DNA of 64,000 nucleotides from Actinomycetota bacterium (GTDB lineage Bacteria; Actinomycetota; CADDZG01; JAHWKV01): NCBI GenBank assembly GCA_052389675.1, contig JBQTHR010000032.1, positions 17,262 to 81,261 of the forward strand, read 5' to 3'. Shown piece by piece: positions 26,812 to 34,314 of this stretch (position 1 is its first letter; each line of letters starts with the position of its first letter). The notes under the pieces were generated by a model. It saw only the letters and a program-made list of their open reading frames with translations, ran no database searches and was not told where the DNA came from. The position numbers and the translations under genes were made by a program.

Positions 26812-29800
26812 ATGCGATTGAACCTTACAATCCTTGATCCCCTTGCCTCGGTGGCCGAACATGTGGTCCTGACTGCGGAAACCGAAACCCCCATGGAACC
26901 TCTGCTGCGCGCGTTGGGGTCGATCGTTCCGGGCCCTTACTACCTTCGGGGCATGCGGCTTGACGGCTGGCCGACTTTGGGAGAGGGCGAACTCAAAGAC
27001 GGCGACGTCCTGACCGTCCGGCCGAGCCCGACCGGCCGCTTTCGAGTTGACTCCCGCTTGGAGCTGGCCGCCACCGGCGGGCCGCTGAGTGGGAGGCGTT
27101 GGCCGCTTTCGAATGGCGCCACCGTTGTCGGGCGGGCCAAAGAGGCCGACTTGCGGCTGGAGGACCCCCGACTTTCTCGCCGGCATCTGCGCCTTACGGT
27201 AACGGGAGAAACGTTTTCAGTGGAGGACCTGGGTTCTACGAACGGCACCCTGGTAGAAGGCAGGCTTGTGCAGGGAACCGCCCCGGTTGCCCTTGGCCAG
27301 GCAATCGAGGCTGGGTCTACCTTGTTTGAGCTTCGGTTGGTAGAGCGGGCAGACGCCGACATCTGCAGCGACGGATCGGGCGGGCTGGAGTTCAACCGTC
27401 CGGCCCGCATCCGGCACCACAGCATGGAGCTCAAAGTGGCAATGCCCGCGAAGCCGGGCGAGTCCGATCAGACCGTCCCCTGGGCCCAGATCGGGGCTCC
27501 GCTGGGGATGGGTGTGGCCGGTGCCTTTTTATTCGGGCCCTCGTCGCTGCTTTTCGCCGGCATGAGTCTGGGCACCACTCTTGCTCACCGCCGGATTCAA
27601 GGTAAGCGGTCCCGCAAGGAGCAGCAGACATACCTGGCAGAGTTGGCACGCATTCAAGCGAAGATGGTGGAAGCTGCCGCTCGGGAGCTTGCCGAACAGC
27701 GTCGCCAGTTCCCGGACCCGGCCACAGTATCCACCATCGCCACCGGCCCCGGCCGGCGACTGTGGGAACGCCGGCATCATGACCCGGACGCCTTCCTGCT
27801 TCGTGTGGGGATCACTGACCGTCCAGCTTCGGTGATGCCGTCGGGGCGCGGCAGTGGATCAGATACACTGGAATCTCCCAGACTGGCTACCGTGCCGGTG
27901 GGCATTGATCTTGCTTGGGCCGGGGTGCTGGGAGTGGCCGGGCCGGTGCAAGCTACCCGTGGCGTTGCCCGCTGGCTGATCGCCCAGTTCGCTACGCTGC
28001 GAAGTCCCCGGGATCTGTCGATCATCGTCTTGACCCAGAGTGCGGCCAAGGACGACTGGGATTGGGTGCGCTGGCTACCGCATGTCCGGGTTGACGATCC
28101 GCACTACCCGGTCGCCATGATTGGAAATGACCAGTCTTCTCGGCAGGAGCGGATCCGAGAACTCCTCAAGCTGGTGGAGGTGCGAACTGAGATGGCCCGG
28201 GAGGAGCGCGTCACCCGGTTCATCCCATCCGTTCTGGTGGTGTTAGACGGGGTAAGGGCCCTCAGGGCCATCCCCGGAATGCCCCGGCTGCTCAAGGAGG
28301 GTCCTGCGGTTGGGATCTACATGATCGGGCTGGACGATGACGATACTCGCCTGGCTGAGGAAGGCCGCGCCCAGCTGGTGTTCTCCCCCGACCATTCCGC
28401 ACTAGCGACGCTGGAGGTGGACGGCGCGGAACCGCTCACCAGGGTGTTGCTTGACCAGGTCGATCCGTCGTGGGCCGAGGAGGTAGCCAGAGGTTTGGCG
28501 CCAGTCAGAGATGCCGGAGAAGACGGCGAGGGCGAGATCCCCAGGTCTGTGCGCTTCGTCGATATTTCCGGGGTTGACCTTGACAACCCTGAAGAGCTCG
28601 CGGCCACCTGGTCAACAAGAGGACGAACCACCGAAGCGCTGGTCGGTGTGTGCTCTGACGGGCCGTTTACCGTTGACCTGAGGCGCGACGGCCCACACGC
28701 GCTGGTCGCCGGAACCACCGGGTCCGGCAAGAGCGAGTTTCTGCAGACGCTGGTGGCCTCGCTTGCCCTGGGCAACCGGCCCGATGCAATGAACTTTGTG
28801 TTGATCGACTACAAGGGGGGCGGCGCGTTCCTCGACTGCGAACATCTTGTCCACACGGTGGGAATGGTCACCAATCTGGACGGGCACCAAACGGAACGGG
28901 CCTTGGCGTCCCTGGACGCCGAACTTAAGCGCCGGGAGCGGCAGCTCAAACAGCTTCGCAGCCCGGATATCGAGGCGGCCTGGGAGCAGGATCCAGACGG
29001 TTCCGGACGGGCGGGTTTGGCCCGCTTGGTGATTGTGATCGATGAGTTTGCTGAGCTTGTCCAAGAGTTGCCGGACTTTGTTGCCGGCCTGATACGCATT
29101 GCTCGGGTGGGCAGATCGTTGGGAGTGCACCTCATTTTGGCCACCCAGAGGCCGGCCGGGGTGGTTTCGCCCGAGATGAGAGCCAACACCGGCATGCGGG
29201 TGGCGCTTCGTATGGTGGACAAATCTGAAAGTAGCGAGGTTTTAGAGTCGCCGGTGGCTGCCGGGATAGCCAGGTCAAGCCCCGGGCGGGGATTCGTCAG
29301 AACCGGCGGGCGGAGCGCGCTCGTCGAGTTTCAAAGCGCCAGAGTTGCCGGACGCCGCAAGGGCAGCACCGAGGCGCTGCCTCCGCCCAGGGTGGATCGA
29401 GTGACTTGGAGCGAACTAGGCTATTCGCTGCAGGAACCGGTGCGCGCCCAAAAGGACGCCTCTGCTGCTACCGACCTGCATGCGTTGGTAAAGCTGGCCC
29501 AGCGTGCAGCGGAGAAGCTCGGGATCGAGCGCTCACCCAGCCCCTGGCTCCCGGAGTTGCCTTCCGCCCTGACCGTCCAGGAAGTACGGGCCGCCGGCGC
29601 AGCGGCTCAGGTGGGTTTGGCCGCGCCCTTTGGCCTGGAGGATCTACCAGAACAGCAGGCCAGGCGAGCGGTCTTGTTTGATCTGGCCGGCGGCCAGCAC
29701 CTGCTGATCGCCGGGTCGTCCCGGTCTGGGAGGTCTACCGCCCTCAGAACCATCGCAGGATCGCTCGGGCAGGAAGTGTCACCTTCCGATCTTCATATGT

Positions 29801-31104
29801 ACGTGCTTGACTTCGGAAACGGATCCCTGCTCAGCGTGGGTGACCTCCCGCATTGCGGCGCGGCGGTTTCCCGATCCGAGATCGCTCGCGCAGAGCGGTT
29901 GATAGAGCGCTTGAGTGAAGAGCTGACCCGCCGCCAACAGACCCTTGCCGAGGCCGGGTGTGGCGACATCCTGGAGCAGCGGGCTACTGCCGACCCAGCC
30001 GGGCGGTTGCCCTACATTGTGATTCTCGTTGACCGCTGGGAAGGCTTCACCGCCCAATTCCCCGCCGACTCGCCTTCTGATGCATCAGCCGCCCTCATGC
30101 GGCTGGTTCGCGAAGGCTTGGGAGCCGGCTTTCGAGTGGTGGTGAGCGGGGACAGGAGTCTGCTGAACGACAGGATGGCCAATTTGATCGAGAGCAAGCT
30201 GGTCCTGCGTCTGGCCGACCGCAACGACTATCGCTTGGTTGACATCAACCCCAAGTTCGTTCCCAATGAGGTCCCACCGGGCAGAGCGTTTCGCGGTGAC
30301 ATTGGAACAGAGGTCCAGTTGGCCCTTCTCGACGGGGATCCTTCCAGCCAGGGCCAAGCAGCGGCCGTCCGAAGACTTGCCGGGCAGACCATCGCGCGCT
30401 GGCCCGAGTCCGAGCGCGCCAACCGGCCGTTGTGTGTGGAAACCCTTCCGGCCGTGATCAGCCTGAACCGGATCCGAGAGCTCGTACACGTCCGACAGCC
30501 CGCTCTTTGGATGGCAGTCGGCGTGGGGGGAGACGAGTTGACTGCCTGCGGTGTGGATCTGTCCCGTTTGGGGGGTTTCGTGGTGGGCGGTCCTGCGCAC
30601 TCCGGCCGGAGCACCGCACTGCTCGCGATGGCCAACTGGCTTGTGTACAGGCAAATCGCTGTGCTCGCCTTATGCCCCAAGCCCTCTCCTTTGGGAGCGC
30701 TGGCGGGGGCAACCGTGATCATCGGCACTGCCGGAATTTCGGACCGCATCGAACAAGAGCTGGCCGGGCTGGTTCACCCGGTTGTGGTCTTCGTGGACGA
30801 TGCCGAGATCCTTGCTCGCACTCCAGCCGACGATGCCCTAAAACAGTTCCACCGCGCCCGGGGGCCCGGGGAGGCGGCAGTGGTTGTGGCCGGGGTCATC
30901 GACGACCTGAAAGCCGATCTGAGAGGCTCAATCACCGAGGCCAGGAGGGCCAAAGCGGGGCTGCTACTTTCCCCTTCGTCGACATTGGACGGCGACCTGG
31001 TGGGTGTGCGTCTTGCCCGCAACCAGGTGGGCAGGACCTCGCCGGGCCGGGGCATCCTCGCAGTTGACGGTAGAACGATCTTGGTCCAGGTTCCGGGACC
31101 ATGA
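26812..31104 (+). CDS. T7SS FtsK/SpoIIIE-family ATPase (EssC/EccC-like) with N-terminal Ubl-like + FHA domains
   Basis: FHA core is GATVVGR...RRHLRL...STNGTLV. There are two TM helices. Three P-loop domains are present: D1 GTTGSGKSEF with VIVIDEFAEL, D2 GSSRSGRSTAL and D3 GPAHSGRSTAL. Confidence 0.92.
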   Translation: MRLNLTILDPLASVAEHVVLTAETETPMEPLLRALGSIVPGPYYLRGMRLDGWPTLGEGELKDGDVLTVRPSPTGRFRVDSRLELAATGGPLSGRRWPLSNGATVVGRAKEADLRLEDPRLSRRHLRLTVTGETFSVEDLGSTNGTLVEGRLVQGTAPVALGQAIEAGSTLFELRLVERADADICSDGSGGLEFNRPARIRHHSMELKVAMPAKPGESDQTVPWAQIGAPLGMGVAGAFLFGPSSLLFAGMSLGTTLAHRRIQGKRSRKEQQTYLAELARIQAKMVEAAARELAEQRRQFPDPATVSTIATGPGRRLWERRHHDPDAFLLRVGITDRPASVMPSGRGSGSDTLESPRLATVPVGIDLAWAGVLGVAGPVQATRGVARWLIAQFATLRSPRDLSIIVLTQSAAKDDWDWVRWLPHVRVDDPHYPVAMIGNDQSSRQERIRELLKLVEVRTEMAREERVTRFIPSVLVVLDGVRALRAIPGMPRLLKEGPAVGIYMIGLDDDDTRLAEEGRAQLVFSPDHSALATLEVDGAEPLTRVLLDQVDPSWAEEVARGLAPVRDAGEDGEGEIPRSVRFVDISGVDLDNPEELAATWSTRGRTTEALVGVCSDGPFTVDLRRDGPHALVAGTTGSGKSEFLQTLVASLALGNRPDAMNFVLIDYKGGGAFLDCEHLVHTVGMVTNLDGHQTERALASLDAELKRRERQLKQLRSPDIEAAWEQDPDGSGRAGLARLVIVIDEFAELVQELPDFVAGLIRIARVGRSLGVHLILATQRPAGVVSPEMRANTGMRVALRMVDKSESSEVLESPVAAGIARSSPGRGFVRTGGRSALVEFQSARVAGRRKGSTEALPPPRVDRVTWSELGYSLQEPVRAQKDASAATDLHALVKLAQRAAEKLGIERSPSPWLPELPSALTVQEVRAAGAAAQVGLAAPFGLEDLPEQQARRAVLFDLAGGQHLLIAGSSRSGRSTALRTIAGSLGQEVSPSDLHMYVLDFGNGSLLSVGDLPHCGAAVSRSEIARAERLIERLSEELTRRQQTLAEAGCGDILEQRATADPAGRLPYIVILVDRWEGFTAQFPADSPSDASAALMRLVREGLGAGFRVVVSGDRSLLNDRMANLIESKLVLRLADRNDYRLVDINPKFVPNEVPPGRAFRGDIGTEVQLALLDGDPSSQGQAAAVRRLAGQTIARWPESERANRPLCVETLPAVISLNRIRELVHVRQPALWMAVGVGGDELTACGVDLSRLGGFVVGGPAHSGRSTALLAMANWLVYRQIAVLALCPKPSPLGALAGATVIIGTAGISDRIEQELAGLVHPVVVFVDDAEILARTPADDALKQFHRARGPGEAAVVVAGVIDDLKADLRGSITEARRAKAGLLLSPSSTLDGDLVGVRLARNQVGRTSPGRGILAVDGRTILVQVPGP

Positions 31105-31715
31105 GTGAGGCCATAGCGGAGGCCGGTTACGGACCGGCAGTGCCGCGCCCGCCGATCGGATTCTCGATAGATGTTCCCGACCACTGGGTGGTACTCGACC
31201 TAAACCCGGCAACCTGGGAGGGCTGGCTCCACTCCTTCTTGAATCAGCGTCCAGGATTTAAGTCGGTTTCCGAGCTTGAACGGGACCTAGCGCGGGCGGC
31301 CTTGCTGAATCTTTTGACCAAGCTAGAAGAAGACCGGGTGTTCATGGCGGCCATCCTCCCCGCCCGGGTGCAGCGGCAATCGGTGTCCGCCAGCGGTACC
31401 CTTGCCTGGAGGAAGATGGAAGGGATCGAAGCTATCCGTGTCGCCGGCTTGAAACAGATCCTGCTCAGGTCCGCGGATGCACCGCCCTTGGCGGTTGAGG
31501 AGGTATCGCTTCCGGTCGGCCCGGCGGTGAAAGCAAGCTCTCGTGAGTTGGTGCAAGGCCGGTCGGCGGCTGTCTTTCAGTATTTCGTGCCGGTGCTGGA
31601 TTCTCAGTGGCTGGCGGTAATCACCTGCAGTACTGGGAACGTCGCCTTGGAGAAAGGAGTTGAGGTAGTTGCCCGTGGCATGGCGTCCAGTTTGCGATTC
31701 AAGCCGGAGCAATAG
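31101..31715 (+). CDS. hypothetical protein translationally coupled to the T7SS ATPase
   Basis: ATGA overlap with the ATPase stop. The N-terminal motif FSIDVPDHWVVLDL is reminiscent of PsbP/DcrB/DUF1795-type folds, a weak resemblance. Confidence 0.6.
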   Translation: MSEAIAEAGYGPAVPRPPIGFSIDVPDHWVVLDLNPATWEGWLHSFLNQRPGFKSVSELERDLARAALLNLLTKLEEDRVFMAAILPARVQRQSVSASGTLAWRKMEGIEAIRVAGLKQILLRSADAPPLAVEEVSLPVGPAVKASSRELVQGRSAAVFQYFVPVLDSQWLAVITCSTGNVALEKGVEVVARGMASSLRFKPEQ

Positions 31716-31716
31716 C

Positions 31717-31965
31717 CTATTCGGCTGGGTCGCCATCGCTGTTCGCCGGGCTGGCGGGCTGCACTTGAGCAACGTAGTTGGGGTTGGGAGTGAATTCGCC
31801 GGTGGGCCTTCCGTCGTTGCCGATTTTCCATGCGCCCGCCACCCCCTCCGGCGGAACCCGGCCGCGCGGGTCGTACGCCGGATCGATTGCATAGACCCAA
31901 CCGCCGGGGGCCTCAGCGGCTGCCGCTTTGAGCTCGTCCGGAAACTCCGGTGTTGTTTCGATCAT
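31717..31965 (-). CDS. small protein resembling a degenerate copy of the toxin C-terminus
   Basis: ATG at 31965 overlaps the upstream stop (ATGA). FPDELK...GG...VAGAWKI..DG..TGEFTPNPNY parallels the toxin's YPDELEVVFKGGI..VSGVNRV..DGTLGEFVPNPGF. Confidence 0.5.
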   Translation of the reverse strand: MIETTPEFPDELKAAAAEAPGGWVYAIDPAYDPRGRVPPEGVAGAWKIGNDGRPTGEFTPNPNYVAQVQPASPANSDGDPAE

Positions 31966-32354
31966 GCCCGTGGGCCGTTCATCCACTCCCGCCAGAACAC
32001 CTCTTGCTCCTTTACCGTTCCAGCACGCCCACTTTCGATGGGCGCCAGCATGTCTACCAGATCCTCCATCCTGGCATGGTGACCGCGGGTCAGCAGGTAA
32101 ATGCGGTTTCCGCCACCGCCCCGACCCATCCGGCTCGGCCAAGCGTCTTGTCGGGCGGCGTTGATCTGGATCAACCACCCCCGTTTCTCAAGGGCCAGCC
32201 GCAGACTTTGAAGTGCGGCAAACAAGTCATGGCCTTCTCCCCGGAACCGCCCCGCAGGCCCATCTACGATGACCAGGCGTCCATCCTCGCTCCATTCCAG
32301 CGCCATCTCAATGCGGCGAGCCTTACGCTCCATCCAAACTCGTCTGCTGTTCAC
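31962..32354 (-). CDS. candidate immunity protein for the ADP-ribosyltransferase toxin
   Basis: It lies immediately downstream of the toxin with a GTGA start/stop overlap. No signal peptide and no known motif, so the call rests on position only. Confidence 0.5.
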   Translation of the reverse strand: MNSRRVWMERKARRIEMALEWSEDGRLVIVDGPAGRFRGEGHDLFAALQSLRLALEKRGWLIQINAARQDAWPSRMGRGGGGNRIYLLTRGHHARMEDLVDMLAPIESGRAGTVKEQEVFWREWMNGPRA

Positions 32355-33583
32355 GGCGCGAACCCCGGATTGGGGACAAATTCGCCGAGGGTGCCATCAG
32401 GCAAAACCCGGTTGACACCGGAGACATGGTTGGGCTCGATCCCACCTTTGAATACCACTTCCAACTCATCGGGGTAGGGACTACGACTGCCCAGCGTAGC
32501 GTTGACATCGATTCCTCCCGGCTTTTGGACTACGTAGTGGTAGCCCCCCGGTCCGGCGAAATCCTGCGCAACCAGCGAGGATCTTGAGGTGCCCACGTAT
32601 GCGCTGGGCTGGTTGGTTGTAGCGTATTCAAGCAAATCGTCGCTGGTCCCGCGTGGTTGGAAGCCCTCCTTGAAGATGACCTCGGGGGTGCGCTGGTCTC
32701 CCCGGAAGACAAGGGGTGCCTCATCGGTTGATCTGGCGACCGAGTTCTCCGGAAAGACTCGAAGCGCCCGTGCCGGTGTTCGTGCACTACCTATTGCTCC
32801 AGAGACCAGCTTCCCCGCGCCTGGCAGGACCATAAGGGCGACATCGACCGCCAGCATCTTCCAATCACCGTTGCCGGTAGCCGCCAGGGCGGCATCGGTA
32901 AGCAGAGCCAGCCCTGCCGCAGCCAGAGCAATCGGAGCGCAGATCGGAGCAAGAACCGGGATGAATGAGAGCAGGCCGGCAACCGCGGAAACCACTTTGA
33001 GCACGTTCGATACAGAGCGCAGGAAGTCCGCGTTGTCGTCCACCCAACGGTCGACCGCACTCCAGGCCCGATTGTACCAGGGGTCGTTGCGGATGCCCAT
33101 TTCGCCGGCTGTTTGGAGCCGGTCCAGAGCCCGCCTCTCGGCCGAGAGTCGGCGACCCCGCAGATCGTCGATCTCCCCCAACAGGCGATCCAGCCGAGCC
33201 TGGACGTCGCCGGCCGGCTGATCCGCCGGAAGGGTGTCTAACTGCTGATGGGCGGCTTGGGCCCGGCTCAGCAGTCCCGACGCCTCCGACTTGAGCCCCG
33301 CAAGGGCTTGTCCGTAGCTACCCACCCCCTCGGCTGCAGCGGCGTAGGATTCGTGCAACTTGGCCAGTTGCGGGGGGAGTTCACCGATCTTCGCCCTGAA
33401 AGCCTCGGCGGCCTCTCCTGACCACACCGCTGCATCCACCGATCCGGAAAAGCTGTTGAGCCGGATATGAGCCGACGCTGCGGTCTCGGCGGTATGGGAG
33501 AAGCTCCGGGCGACTCTCTCGAATGCGCCAGCTTCCCCCGGAACAGGGTCCCCTCCCAGAGCCGCCCAGGTAAGGGTGGTCAA
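32351..33583 (-). CDS. T7SS polymorphic toxin: WXG-like N-terminal domain, TM segment, C-terminal cholera-toxin/enterotoxin-A-like ADP-ribosyltransferase
   Basis: N-terminal W-x-G motif (AVWSGEAAEAF) and hydrophobic helices at about residues 195-262. The C-terminus has LVFRGDQRTPEVIFKEGFQPRG (catalytic R), YVGTSRS (STS-like) and YPDELEVVFKGGI (ExE). Confidence 0.85.
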   Translation of the reverse strand: MTTLTWAALGGDPVPGEAGAFERVARSFSHTAETAASAHIRLNSFSGSVDAAVWSGEAAEAFRAKIGELPPQLAKLHESYAAAAEGVGSYGQALAGLKSEASGLLSRAQAAHQQLDTLPADQPAGDVQARLDRLLGEIDDLRGRRLSAERRALDRLQTAGEMGIRNDPWYNRAWSAVDRWVDDNADFLRSVSNVLKVVSAVAGLLSFIPVLAPICAPIALAAAGLALLTDAALAATGNGDWKMLAVDVALMVLPGAGKLVSGAIGSARTPARALRVFPENSVARSTDEAPLVFRGDQRTPEVIFKEGFQPRGTSDDLLEYATTNQPSAYVGTSRSSLVAQDFAGPGGYHYVVQKPGGIDVNATLGSRSPYPDELEVVFKGGIEPNHVSGVNRVLPDGTLGEFVPNPGFAP

Positions 33584-33858
33584 CGTCGCGCTCCGGCCGC
33601 CTCCGAGAGAACCCTCTCCTGTTCCAGGTAAGTGTTCACGGCGCCTTGTATCCGGCCCAGCAAGCCTTCAATCGCCTCGATAATCCTTTGCCGCCCGTCT
33701 CGCCAGCCCCCTACAAAGTCTTCCAGGGCGCCGAGGAGCTTGCCTGTTCCGAGGCCAACGGGATCCAAAGCATCGCTGACCTGTTCGAGCGAGGAACGTA
33801 TTTCGGTTAGCTGGCGCGCCAGTTCAGTCAAGGCCTCGACATCAACGTACAGCTTCAT
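33580..33858 (-). CDS. small helical T7SS partner protein (EspC/WXG100-like, no WXG)
   Basis: ATG at 33858 lies 20 nt after the WXG100 stop, and its own stop overlaps the toxin start (TTGA). The opening MKLYVDVEALTELARQL is typical of helical T7SS targets. Confidence 0.6.
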   Translation of the reverse strand: MKLYVDVEALTELARQLTEIRSSLEQVSDALDPVGLGTGKLLGALEDFVGGWRDGRQRIIEAIEGLLGRIQGAVNTYLEQERVLSEAAGARR

Positions 33859-33878
33859 AGGCGGGGGCGGGTCCGGGG

Positions 33879-34172
33879 TCAGCCTCGCATCTGGCGGGCT
33901 ATCTGGTCCTCGGTGTCCTGGTAAGTCTGCGCGGCCGTCGCTAACATCCGGGAGATTCCGTCGAGCGCTTCTTTCACCTGACGGGCGCCTTGGTTCCATT
34001 GGTCATACATGTCGCGGAAGGAATCAGAGGCGGCACCCGCCCAGTCGGCGTCGACCAATCCCTGAACTTGAGAACGCATCGACTCCAGCCGCTGCGATAC
34101 CTCTTCGGACCCGGAGCGCAACTGCCCGGACACCGAGTGAAGTTCCTCGGAGGTGACCTTGATCATAGGCAT
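33879..34172 (-). CDS. WXG100-family protein (EsxA-like)
   Basis: 97 aa with a central W-A-G (DADWAGAAS) between two helical halves and a C-terminal YQDTE (YxxxD/E). RBS is GGGGGAAG. Confidence 0.88.
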   Translation of the reverse strand: MPMIKVTSEELHSVSGQLRSGSEEVSQRLESMRSQVQGLVDADWAGAASDSFRDMYDQWNQGARQVKEALDGISRMLATAAQTYQDTEDQIARQMRG

Positions 34173-34314
34173 AGACTTCCCCCTTCTTCCGGCATGGTCT
34201 ACCCTGAGAGTTCAAGTATCGCCACCAGCGATAGTCCGGTCAAGGAACGGGCTCGGACAACTCCTGGCGGCACGGCTACCTTGTTGGAACGAATCGCCAA
34301 AGCGGGAACCGATT

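Noticed and set aside
34153-34314. N-terminal 54-codon extension of the kinase ORF
   Set aside because: It would overlap the divergent WXG100 gene start. The kinase subdomain I glycine loop follows closely after the ATG at 34315.
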